Part shown: positions 42,991 to 54,897 of the stretch, in pieces
Layout of the letters: each line of letters begins with the position of its first letter
How positions within the stretch are numbered: position 1 is the stretch's first letter
Source of the DNA: the human T2T-CHM13v2.0 reference genome, Homo sapiens
Assembly: GCF_009914755.1 (NCBI RefSeq)
Contig: NC_060927.1
Reading direction: 5' to 3' (one strand)
Length of the DNA: 64,000 nucleotides
Position numbers and translations under genes: made by a program
The notes under the pieces: model-generated
Told to the model about the DNA's origin: nothing
What the model saw: only the letters and a program-made list of their open reading frames with translations
Databases searched by the model: none

Positions 42991-45069
42991 GTAAGGCTTG
43001 GAGGTTGTTGTATGGAGGGAGCAGGGGCCCATGGAGAAGTGACAGAAGGTCTTAACCTGGGTTGAAAAGTGTGGACTTTCAAGAAATAGAAGCAGATGAC
43101 TTTCAAATGCATAGTAGAGGATAAAGAAACACAACTTTAATTTTTTAGAGTGGCCTATATATTTTGTTTGGAAGCTTAAATTCTCTGTTATCACCTGGTA
43201 GTGGCCATCCCTGCTGCTGTGGCCCCTCTTACTGTTACTCTGACCTTCACAGGTCTTTGGGAACTTATCACTCATTGTTGATGGCATTTTTCTTCTGTAT
43301 AGCAGTCTTTGCTTTTCTTCCTATCATCAAACAGATTAAGAATGGACACTCTCCTCATCTGTCTTACAATTCTTTATTTAGAGACTAATAAAGCGTTTCA
43401 TTCCTTGTTTCATATAAAGTCTTTGTGTTAAAACTCTTTTATTTATCTCTGTCTTTCAGTTTCTCACAGTCTTTATAGAGTGTGTAGTTTGACATGAGAT
43501 AACTTGAACAATACGTACAAGTCAGCACCACAAATCATCTTTTGCAGCATTCAATTGCAAATGACCCTAAATGACACGGAACACCAAATGGTAGGCTCTC
43601 TTACCTTAGAATGAGTTCCTGGATCATTAATTAGAACTTTCAGGAATGAATATGGGATAGATTAGTTATCCATGTTGCCCTAGGATAGACATTCCAGTAT
43701 ACTGATAGAAAAACAAAATGGTAAAAGTAATTCAAAGACAGGTTTGCTGTGCTGCTTTTCTTTTTCAAAATAAAATTCTCCTTTTCTCTCTCTTTCCAAA
43801 TTAGCAGATATGTGAATGAATGTGTGTGTTTGAATGGATGACTTATACATCCTGATGTAGAGCTTCATAGGAATGAATTTCAGTGAGGTTTTCTAATACA
43901 CAAGACCACATCAAAGAAAAAGAAACACCCTTTAACTGTTGTCATTCACAGAGCCATGGTGAAATAATTGGTGAGGCAAAGGTAGTAAATAATCCAACTG
44001 TTGGGGTCATTCAGACCTAAATAGACTTTCTGTTGAAGTGACCTGAAGTTTCCCTAATTCTTTCTCTGTTCCAGGTGTATAGATCCTGTCTTAGAAATGT
44101 AGTGGGAGGTTAACATGTCAGGCTGTGACTTTATTCTGTCCCTGGAATAACCAAGAATCTTTTAGAAAGTCAATTTGCCCTCACCAGGAGGACTCCACTG
44201 AAGTACAGAATCATTGTCTACTGGGGAAAAGTTCCTCTGAAGATGGATATGGCTCATTTCTGTTTCGTTAGCAGTGCTTCATAGAAGATGATGGATAAAC
44301 TTAGTTATTTGTTGCTTTTCTTATTAAAGGCTTTACCCATTTCTTTTCAATGTAGAAGAATATGGGAGCGTGAATGTGATTGCTGAGATTTCTCGTTTTC
44401 AGTAGCTCAGGGATCTCCACTAGAGAAACTGAAGGCATCTGCTTTCAATACTCATGTCTGTAAAACCATCACAGAGAGGGAAATGTGTGAACCTTCAGAC
44501 TCCAGACACTGCTGCATTTAAAAAGAATTGTTGCTATGAATATTGGAATATTTTCCTTCTGGTCACTGCTTATGACTTATATGTACGGCAGAAGATTGGG
44601 GCTTGCTCAGGCATATTACACCCACTCACGAATTCTGAGTTCAAAAATTTTGTGTTTAAAAATTAGCCTCCTTGATTAGATTAATATGCAGAATTGTCAG
44701 GTGTTTTAAAACAACGTGCAAGTTATGTCCACATGATTAATGTGAAATGAAAAATCTAGCCAAACTTCTTGTTCTCACACACAGTTTCCCCAAATTAGAG
44801 CATATAGACTTCCATTTTTGTAAAATAATTTTGCCTCAAAACAATTTTAAGAAAAAATTGATCTGTTTCCCTACTTTGCCTTTCTAAATCTGCCTCATAA
44901 GTAATGGAATTTTAAAAGATGTGACAGTCTTATTTAAAATGAAATGAAACAAAATGGCATAAAATAAAAAAAAATACCCAAACTTTCCTTTCCTTTTAGT
45001 TAACAGTATTTGTGATGGAAGTTGCCTGGGAGTGAGTCTCCAGAGACCAGTTCTGTGGGGTGGAGGTGA

Positions 45070-45185
45070 AATCATTTAACCCTCCTTGGCCTTTGTTTCC
45101 TCACCTATAAAATTAGGGCACTAGAGAAATGATGTCTGTGGTTTCCATCAGTTCCCTCCCTCTAGCTTTAAACACTATAATTTGC
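45070..45185 (+). mobile_element. MIR
   Basis: catttaacc..tttgtttcctcacctataaaat core. Confidence 0.6.
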
Positions 45186-46379
45186 TTTTCTCTGCTATGC
45201 ACACGGCACTGTCTAACATTCCCTGGGGAATGATACTTTCAGCATCGTTTTCAAATAGTATTCAAGAGAGAGAAAACTCCAAGGCAGCAGATCCAGCATT
45301 TTCAAATTTTAAGGCTCAACTGAGAAGAAAAGAGTTCATCCAGAAAAGGGTATAAATTCCACTTGACTTACATCGTAGCACTTTCCACACACCTCCATTA
45401 TGGAAGAGGTTGACATTAAAAAGATTTTCCCATCTTTAATGGCTGTGACTAAGAGTCTTGATTGTACAATATTTTGGCTTGCACTTCATAGTTCCCTCAA
45501 TGTCCCCATCTATGTCCATGGGTAGCTCTCTAAATACAGCAGCTGTGCCATCTGTTTCAAATATTATTTCAGCCCTCACTGTTTTGGGATAAATTTCATA
45601 AAGTGTATTGCATACACACACATTTAATTGAACAAATGAGAAGCCTTTCCAGTTTAAAAAAGCTTCCTAAATGACAAGAAGTGTCCAATTTCCATTCAAA
45701 TGGTTACTTCGGGGCTTTAAAATGTGTGAATTCATCTAACAGAGGCTGGTCGTGTGTTTTGAGGCAGATGGCTTGATTCTGTGAAGAAAAAAATTAAGTG
45801 GAATTTACTATCAATCTTATTTTTTTTGGCAAAAGACTGACATAATAAAGATGTGTGTATTACTGAGAATGGTTTTTAATAATGATTCTACCTTATGTTT
45901 TCCCCCAAGATTATGGTTAACTGACTAGGAAAATCTATTTAGAGATTTTATGTTTATCCATAATGATCAGCTTAGAGAAAAAAAAAAAGAAGAAGCCGCC
46001 TGCAAACAGAATTGCTGAAATACAAAAGGAAAATAATGCTCTACAACTTTCTAAAGGAGTCCAAGGCAAAGGGAATGCTAAAGTTTATTTTGTTTCTCCT
46101 GTTAAATAGTTGTGAAGCCAATTGGAGATTTTTGAGGAAAGGAGAAGGGATTTCACATCTTGTGAGAATGTTTTAGAGTAATATCTTCAGTGGGCATGAT
46201 AGGTGTTGTGTCCAAGACACTTTTTATATTTAAGACCGGAAGTCTTAAAAGTGTGTCACTGGAATTATTCACAGTTACTAGTGGTGTGTATTCTCAAATT
46301 TAGACTCATATTAGCACATGTCAAAATTATGTCAAAAGTTCTATGCTCTAAGAATCCTTTCTTTTCTCATTTGTAGTTT

Positions 46380-47252
46380 GCAGAACTGACTGAGCTCCTC
46401 ATTAGTTCTTGATTAGTTAAAACAAAGTATGTGTCTCATACTTCTTGAATATGGTGGTTCAGGAACCTAAGCCTAAGCCAATTGGCTCAGAGCTTCATGT
46501 GGCAGTAATTACAGATGATTCCCAACTTACGATGGTTCAACTTACAATTTTTCAACTTTACTATGGTGCTTTTAGCTGTGCACATTAATGATAAATACTC
46601 ATACAACATTTTGTTTTCATTTTTAGTACAGTATTCAAAAATTACATGATATATTTAATATTTTATTAGAAAATAGGCTTTGTATTACATTATTTTGCCC
46701 AACTATAGGCTAATGTAAATGTTCTGAGCATGTTTAAGGTAGGTTAGGCTAAGCTATAATGTTCAGTAGGTCAGCTGTATTAAATGTATTTTTGACTTAC
46801 AGTATTTTCAACGTGTAATTGGTTTATCTGGATATAGCATCATCATAAGTTCAGGAGCATCTGTATCGGTTTAGAGGTAAGCATATGACCTAAGTTGTCC
46901 CAAAAAGTATAAAAGAAAGAGCATTTATTTGAGTGCTGGAGAAAACTAGTTTTTTCTCTCCCAGTGGACATGAAGAGGAAAACATTTAGCCTTTTTTGTC
47001 ACTGAGAACCTACTGGAAACATAAGGGGAGCCAACTTTAGAATAAAATAGAGTGTGGATAGCAGGATGAAAGTAGAAAGAACCTGTGGCTTTGACGACAT
47101 AGTTGAGCCTTTAGGTCCCCTGCCCTGCAGTCCATTATGCTTCAGAGTCTCTCTTATGTAGTCAATACTTATTGTTAGAACATTTCTTATTGTTCCTACC
47201 ATTTGAGTCAGGTATTTTGATACTTGCAGCTAAAAGCATTCCAACAGGTACA
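46380..47252 (+). mobile_element. Old MLT1 (K/J-like) LTR, split by MER47A
   Basis: gcctaagccaat..[insert]..ggtttagaggtaagcatatgacctaag; end tttgagtcaggtattttgatacttgcagctaaaagcattcc..taca. Confidence 0.65.
46512..46863 (-). mobile_element. MER47A (TcMar-Tigger) MITE
   Basis: Terminal inverted repeats cagatg..acttacgatgg / catcataagt..gcatctg; TA TSD on both sides. Confidence 0.9.
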
Positions 47253-47544
47253 CTTGAGGATGTGGTTTAGGGTGAGGATGTGACTCAGGGTGAGGCAGGC
47301 TCAGACATGTACAACATGAGACCTCTCAATCAAGGGTGTTGGGTCTTCTCCCTTTTCTGAGACACATATTATTTTTGACATGAAGGACATTGGCTGGAAG
47401 AAAATAATGCTACAAATGATTATTAAATTAATGTGGGTATTGGAGGCTATGCAGTGGAGCCTAAGGCTTTTATGTATTCTGAGATTGACTGAAGGTGGCT
47501 ATTTTCTCGCTAAACCAGTGGTTCTTAAAGTGGTCCCCAAACAG

Positions 47545-48917
47545 TCCAGACTTCTGGTTTCTTCTTACACATGTAAATAACTTAGAAATGTCTCACCTGT
47601 CCTCACCACAAGAAACAATGTAGTTCAACAACTCTTCTTAGTCTATCAGGGAATTGAGGTGACAGGGTAAATTGCTATTTGGGAAGCTGAAGAGACAGGC
47701 AAATAGAATCACAGCTTGCCAGAAACACAAACACTGGAGCTAGTAATGGGTAGGAGCATTTGAGTGTTTCTTAAAGGTAACCGAAAAATTGCTGAAGCTG
47801 AGTGTGGACAAGCTTGAGAGTTAAAAACTCTTGGAACCCAGTCTTAGGAGGACCTGGACCTGTCATGCTTTTGTGAGATTTATCTGTGGGATCCTGTCTT
47901 AGTCTGTTCAGGCTGCTATGACAAAAATACCACACTGGGTAACTTATAAACAATATATATTTATTGCTCACAATTCTGGAGGCTGGGACATCCAAGATTA
48001 AGTCTCCAGCAGATTTGGCATTTGGCGAAGGCCCCATTTCTGATAGATAGTCTCTCTTGCAGAGTCCTCACATGGCAGGAGGGGCAAACAGTCTCCCTCA
48101 AATCTTATAATGTATTCATTCTCATGACCTAATCACCTCCCAAAGGCCCCAATTCTTAATATAATCAATTTAGGGGTTAGGTTTTAACACATGAATTTTG
48201 GGGGTACACACACGTTCATATGGTAGCAGATTCCTACCAGATTCTTTTAGTGAAGATTGGAGAAAAATCCCCTTGTGGTTTTGGCAGGGCAAAAGTAACC
48301 ATTTTGAAATAAGCCCGGTGTGTTCTTCATATCAAAGTCCTGCCCTGAAGGAAAACTAGTTTACTAGACTCTTATCTTATGTGGAGGAAGGGCAATTAGA
48401 CAACCGAGTCCTCTGTACCTTTTCTGCCTCACATAAGGGAGAAAAAAAGGCTAAGAAAGACTTCTGAAGGTCGCAGTCCGAGGACTCAGGCCCATAAGAA
48501 ACAGCAATTTAATCATAATATTATAGAATGCTTCCCTCCTCAATACCATCACACTACACCAATAGGTCTCCTACGTAATAACAGTGAATTACAACTTGGA
48601 TCACTGAAAGACAAAAACTGTATCTAAGAATGAGTTTCTAGGGAAACCCAAAGACAACATGGGAGACAAAAACAAGGTCGCCGGTGGTGATTGAAGCCTC
48701 TGACACCTATAGCTGTACCACACATTAAATTCAGCCTAACTGCTAGGCAGATAAACATATAAACTCACATTAAAGGCCTATTTACTTCAGTTCCTATTAT
48801 TCAATAAATCATGTCCAGTTTTCAACAAAAAATTACAACACATGTCAAAAGGCAAGAAAAAAACAAGGTAAGCACCAAAACCAGACTCAGATATAGCAGA
48901 CATTATGGAATTACTGA
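47545..48917 (+). mobile_element. Old L1M 5'UTR and ORF1 start, no 3' end
   Basis: gacttctggtttc start; atgtccagttttcaacaaaaaattacaacacatg..aaggcaagaaa..accagactcagatatagcaga ORF1-start motif. Confidence 0.6.
47895..48228 (-). mobile_element. MSTD/MLT1A-type solo LTR
   Basis: tgtcttagtctgttcaggctgctat...atggtagca; TSD gatcc/gattc. Confidence 0.85.
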
Positions 48918-49874
48918 GTATAGTCCCAGGATAAGCAGTATCTCCATCACTTGGGAATGTGTTAGAAATGCAAATTTTTGGATCTCATCCTAAACCTACT
49001 GAAACAGAAACTGAGGGTGGGGACTGGCAGTCTGTGTTTTAACAAGCACTCCAGGTGACTGTGTTTGAAGATCACTATATTAAGCAGATGTAAAATTTGT
49101 AATTTCTTCCTTTTCCTTACTTAGATTTCTTAGAAATAGTATGGTAACAAGGTGATTCAAAATGTAAAAGACTCACTGAAAACATTGTTGTGATTTTGAC
49201 TTTTAGTTTTGCTAAGCAATATCATTGCTAATGAAGAGTTTCGGATGACCACATGTGGTATAGAGTTACCCCAGCTGTGTTTGATTGTGTCAGACTTACC
49301 ATTTGACTTGGGAACCTTATCATCATTGTCAACCTTGCAGACAGTGTTTAAGTTCAGATATACAGCTCATAGATCTCCCATCCAGGAGGTTAAAATAATT
49401 TCTCAGTGCTGGGTTTTCAGGCCCTAGGGCCCTAGAGACTTTTTTCTACATTGGTTTTTATGAAGGGAATTTGGGAAAAGGGAGAAGATCTTTACATGCG
49501 TCCTTTTAAAGGCAGACTGTGTTATTATCTTGCTCTTTTAGTTTACTCAGTCAGTGCTCACTTGCCCTCTGGCCTGATCACAGTTTTGTAGCCACCGGAG
49601 AGTCAATTGTTAAGCCTAATGATGGTTGCTTTGAACTCCTCTGAGACTCTGATGTCATAGGTTTCCTTTTAGGTTTTTGATCACAGTTTTCTGTCTTAGG
49701 TTGCTCTTGCTCACACACTGGCTGCCTCTCCCCTCTTGGTGCCTGATGTTCGGTGATGATAAATGTTTTCTTATCAAGCCCAAGAAGAGCCATAGCTTGC
49801 TATTACTTGCAGAGGCCTCCTAATTTCACATTGGAAAAGCTGAAGTCTGGGGTGGGGAGTGTGTGATAATTTGC

Positions 49875-49950
49875 TTCATGTATTCATTTGCTCGAAAATA
49901 CTTAATGAGTACCTACTCTGTGTCAGGCAGGAATCACAGAAACATGATTA
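49875..49950 (-). mobile_element. L2 3' end
   Basis: tattcatttgctc..aatacttaatgagtacctactctgtgtcaggca. Confidence 0.6.
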
Positions 49951-50696
49951 GAATAAAGGAATTGTTAATTCCTATGCCAGTACTGCTTTTATAAGTGTAT
50001 TTGAATAAAAACAAAATGAAAGAAACTAAATCAGTGAAAGTAATACAATAAAAATAAATAGGGAACAAAAAAAGAAAAATAAAGAGAAAAGGCCACTTGG
50101 GAGCTAAGTGCCTTCTTGATTACTAAGCACATACGTTTACTTTTCTTTCCTTAATGTTCCACCAGGGCGAAAAATAAGCAAACACTAAAGCAGCACTAGG
50201 AAATGTGGAAGAGTGATACCAGCTGAAGCAAAACATTTCTGAATGATATAAAGCAGATAGGATTTGTTTGATGAAATAACCAAATAGAACTGGTAGGTAC
50301 AGTTAATACAAATGAAAGAGAGTAGCAGTGGAAGAAGAAAGGAGTTTGTTCAATTTTAAACAGAACTTTGAAAAGTTTGGAGATTTTTGGAAAAGCCCGG
50401 GGATCGTAATTATGAAGAGGTAAGGAAGGTATTCAACTTTGTGGCATTTGATAGGAAGGCTAATGAAACTGGGGTGTTTCAAGCACCTGGAAAAAGCATT
50501 TCCACCCAGTTCCAACAGAACTGGCACGAACAGTTTGAAAGGTAATAAAGAAGCAGATGGATTCTGCCACTGGGGATAGGCAAGAGATATTTAAAGTGAG
50601 TACTGGAATTATAAAGAGAAGTGGAATGGTGCTCCTGGGTAATGTCAGCTGCCAACACGGCTAAACTTGCTCACCTTCTAATGAAAAACTCCCATC

Positions 50697-51069
50697 CACT
50701 ACATGACTGCGTTTTTGTGTCTCCCAGAATTCATAGGTTGAAGCTCCAAATCCCAATGGGATAATATTATGAGATGGGGCCTCTGGTGGTAATTAGGTTA
50801 TGAAGGTGGAATCCTAATGACAGGATTAGTGCCTCATAGGAAGAGACGTGAGAAAAACTTGCTTCCTCTATCTTTGCTCTCTGCCATGTGAGGACACCTC
50901 AAGAAGATGGCCTCCTGCGAACCAGGAAGCAGGCCCTCGCCAGACACTGGACCTGCCAGCACCTTAATCATGAACTTCCTAGCTGCCAGAACTATGAGAA
51001 ATAAATGTTTGTTGTTTAAGCCTTGCATCTATGGTAATTTGTCATAGCAGCCTGAATGAACTAAGATAC
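50697..51069 (+). mobile_element. MLT1A0-type solo LTR
   Basis: ctgccatgtgaggacac..gaaccaggaagcaggccctc..ccagaactatgagaaataaatgtttgttgtttaagcc..actaagata. Confidence 0.88.
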
Positions 51070-51989
51070 TGCCCAGCTCGCTAACTATAGTCATGGCTTC
51101 TATCATTTGTAATCATGTTCATTATCAAAGAAGCTGTAACTTTCACACTAGCAACCTGTAAATATAAATGAACTACTTATAAATATAAATGAACAACTCA
51201 GAATTTCCATATGTTGAAGAAAAAAGCGTAAAAATAAGCCACCAAACGAAACAAACTGAAGTAATTCTTGAAACAATTGAATTACTGGTGAAATATAGAA
51301 AAACTTACTGAAACAATTTAATTTGTATCTTAAGAGATATTTGAGGGACACTGCATTCACATAGTTAGAATAGGCCACTAAGAAAAAGTAAAAAAAAAAG
51401 AAAAGGGAGATTTCATAGAAATTAAAATAAACATATACTTATTGAAACAAATATAACAGAGCAATTGATGTGGAATGTAAAGTACTTAATTTCCAAAAGT
51501 GTTTTTCATCTAGATGGACAAGACTTGTCACGTTGGAGCTAATTTTTGTTCAGAAAAAGGCCACTTGAATGGGTACATTAACCCACTGTCCAGGTGAAAG
51601 AGGACAATAAGGAGGAACTTGGCTAATGAAAGCTGCCTTTAATCTGATTTTGAAATGCTGAGTTGGTTACTGGTGAGATGGGAATATTTGCATGGGATAG
51701 TATTATGAGATGGGGAAAGAGTTTTCCAAGAAGGTCAACGTTTTCCCTTTTAAGGTCCAATGTTGTTAGCACCTCTGTCACTGTTCAAGTTTATGAAATG
51801 TCCAGTGGCTTAGTAGACAAAACTGGAGCATATTCTTTGAATTCTTGTGAAATTAGGGAGAGAAAGGACTACCTCAAGAAGGAGATGCCAACCTAGTTAT
51901 GTGTCAGCTAGAGAGCAATTGAAAAATACAAAAGATGTGACTAAAGTCATACTCCCTAACTGCTGAAGTATATTACACTAATTGCCTAA

Positions 51990-52552
51990 ATATCAATAAT
52001 AAAGATCAGAGCAGAAATAAACGAAATACAGGCTAGAAAAACAAAAGCTCAGTGAAACCAAGAGTTGGTTTTTTAAAAAGATAAACAAAATCTACAACCT
52101 GTTAGCCAGACTAAAGAAAAAAAGATAAGACTCAAATTTAATTATAAATGAAGGAGGAGACCTTACATAAATACAAAGTATCATAAGAGACTACTATGAG
52201 CAATTATAGGCCATCAAATTGGATATCTAAAAGAAATGGATAAATTTCTAGAAACATACACAATCTGCCAAAACTGAATCATAAAAAAATAGAAAATCTG
52301 AACAGACCAATAATGAGTAAAGAGATTGAAACTGTAATAAAAAACCTCCCAAAAAAACAAAAAACCCAGGATCTGATGGCTTCACTCATGAATTCTACTA
52401 AACACTGAAAGAATTAATGTCAATCCTTCTCAAACTTTTCCAGGAAATGAAAGAGGAGAAAACACTTCCAAACTCATTTTTTGAGGCCAGCATTACCCTG
52501 TTACCAAAGCCAAATAAGAAACTACAAGAAAAGAAAACTTCAGGACAATAAA
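51990..52552 (+). mobile_element. Isolated internal L1 ORF2 fragment (EN-RT linker)
   Basis: aataaagatcagagcagaaataaa..aaatggataaatttctagaaacatac..cccaggatctgatggcttcact..aaagaaaacttcaggacaata; no 3'UTR. Confidence 0.85.
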
Positions 52553-52554
52553 AA

Positions 52555-53570
52555 ATCCCGAATATTAGAATGGATGTGGTTGAACGCCAAATCGGTTTTA
52601 TGGAAGATCAAGCCAAAAGGTTTTCTTGGAATGTAGTGCAATAAGACAGATGAAAATTGTCAAAGAAACTTGGAAGGAATGATGTCATTCAGTATATGAG
52701 GTTTAGATATTCACAAAGCATGTAAAATATTTAGAAATTCCAACATCTTCCTGATAAAACTTGTAAAAGGAGAAGCCAGACAGAATAGGAGGAATGACAT
52801 AATCCAAGTAATAATAGAAGAATATCTTTTTTTCCAAACTGAGAGACAGTACTGTTTTTTTTTTTATTTAAAAGAATTAGAATACAAAACAGCAATATTG
52901 CATTAAGGGACCTATGAATATCGGGGAAGAATTTATGAAGTCGTAGGAGAAAGAAAAAGTCTTGCAATTTTCTAGAGAGTAAAAACAGATTATCTGAAAA
53001 GGAAGAAAAATCAGAATGACATTGGTGTTTTCTAACACCAAATGCCAGAAAATATGTAGCCATATCTATAAAATCCTGAGGGATTTGAATATTGGATTCT
53101 CCATTAGGCAATCTATTACTCAAGAGAGAAGGAAAAGTAAAGACAATTTGAAAGATAGAAAGTTGAACATCGTTGAAAAAATTAAAATTGCTCTAGTATG
53201 TTCTTTAGCAAAATGTAAGAGGAAACCAGAAAAGAAGACATGGGATATCGTGAATAAAATACCAAATATGACTTATCAATAAGTCTAAGTTGTCATGAAC
53301 TATTTGCACAAACTATGTGTGAGTTTAATGCAGTCGTTAACTAAGAGTCCTAAAATAAGAGAGACACAGAAGCATAATAAAAGTGTTACTTGGAATACTA
53401 ATGTAAGTCATTGAGAGGTTTCTTGTAATAAAAACTTACTAAGTATAAGCACACATCTAAAGGTGATATATCTTAGAAATAGAAGCCAAGAAAAAACTAT
53501 TATGAATTCAAAATTAAGCTGAAAAGAGAAATTGATTGTATAGTAAATTAAAAACTTATTAACCAACACT
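52555..53570 (+). mobile_element. Very old L1M ORF1-like relic (probably continuous with ~51150-51480)
   Basis: A-rich degenerate ORF1 motifs (aaatcagaatgacattgg..caaatgccagaaaat..tataaaatcctgaggg). Confidence 0.45.
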
Positions 53571-53611
53571 CCAAGATTATATGATGAGACAGTACGTTAT
53601 TATTAATAACC

Positions 53612-53790
53612 AATATTATTTGAGGACTTACTACATGACAGATATGCTGCTAGATGGATACTAACGTTGTCTCCACTTATAGATGAGAAAACTGAGGACA
53701 GAAAAATTAAGTAATTTGCTTAGAGCCATCAGATAGGAGGGAGCAAAGACAGACAATCTAACTTCAATCATGCTCTAAATCACTACTCTA
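53612..53790 (-). mobile_element. MIR
   Basis: cttatagatgagaaaactgaggacaga..attaagtaatttgc. Confidence 0.7.
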
Positions 53791-53949
53791 ATATTATCTC
53801 CTCAGCCTCTTATTGGAATATAGATTGTTCAAAAATGACTCCATAATAAAGAGAAACTAACACTCCTGTCTTATACAGTCTGCAGGTATTTGTCCAACAT
53901 ATGTCAGATATATTTATTTTAGCCTGTATACTCTGGAGTATCAGTAACC

Positions 53950-54345
53950 TAGTATCACAAAATTCTGTGTAATAAGTTGCCTCAAAACCTGGTGGTTTGA
54001 AACAACTATCATTTTTTCTCATGGATCTGTGGGTCACCTGAGAGGCCTTGTGCTAGGCTTGTCTTGCCTGGAATGGGTTGTCCCAGTTCCATGTGTCTCT
54101 CATCCTCATCTTGGGACAAACAGGCTAGCCAGGGCATAAGCTTTCATAGCATGACAAAGTCACAAAAGAGCAAACCCAAACATACAGGTGCTTTACAAGC
54201 CATGGTCTCATCACACCTGTTAACATTCCACTGGTCAATCCACATAGCTGGGGAGGAACTGGAAAGTCATATGGCAAATACTCTAAATGCAAGGGGGGAT
54301 AATAAATTAAGGTCATTAAGGCTTTACAAAATAATCAGTCTGCTT
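53950..54345 (-). mobile_element. Old MLT1 (H/I-like) LTR
   Basis: tgtgtaataagttgcctcaaaacctggtggtttgaaacaac..tctcatggatctgtgggtca..taacattccactggtcaa. Confidence 0.65.
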
Positions 54346-54639
54346 CTTTTGTAGTTGTGTTGGATGAAATAACATATTGTTGCTCATGTGTTCAAAGAAA
54401 ACTTTTCTTAACCAAAATGATCCTTTAAGGATAAGATGGTGAGATTTTCCTTCCAGCCAAGTATTGAGACAGCCGTGTGCAGCAACTGAGAAGGAAAGGT
54501 GAGGACAGTCAAAAAAGTTAAAAGATTTAAGGCAAATATATCTATACCTATATTTAGCAGGAAGGAAGGTGGTGCATGCACATAAGCATGCTTTTTCTGA
54601 TTCTAGGTAGGGGTTTCAGAGTTTTACAAGCAGTGGGAA

Positions 54640-54785
54640 GAGCCCTTGCTAAAATAGTCTGGAGATTAGCTTTTTGCCCTAGGTCTGCCACTAGTAAAAG
54701 ACAAAACTTTTCTGAGTGGCCATTTTCATATCATTAAAGTTGGCCCCAGACGATCTATGAGATTCTTTTAAGTCCTAAAACTTTA
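54640..54785 (+). mobile_element. MIR-like fragment
   Basis: ctaggtctgccacta..ttttctgag..cattttcatatc..cagacgatctatgagattctttt. Confidence 0.4.
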
Positions 54786-54897
54786 AGAAAGATATTTTTA
54801 AAAATGAAATATGATGATGGTATAAATTGGAAGTTACTGAAATGTGTTTTATAAAATTAGGAGCAGCAGTTGAATTGTAAGAAGCAATAACAGCAAA

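Larger units (their letters stand above)
47516..49078 (+). mobile_element. MER5A (hAT-Charlie), split (47516-47538 and ~48918-49078)
   Basis: cagtggttcttaaagtggtcccc ... catcacttgggaatgtgttagaaatgcaaat..ttttaacaagcactccaggtga..tttgaagatcact. Confidence 0.8.
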
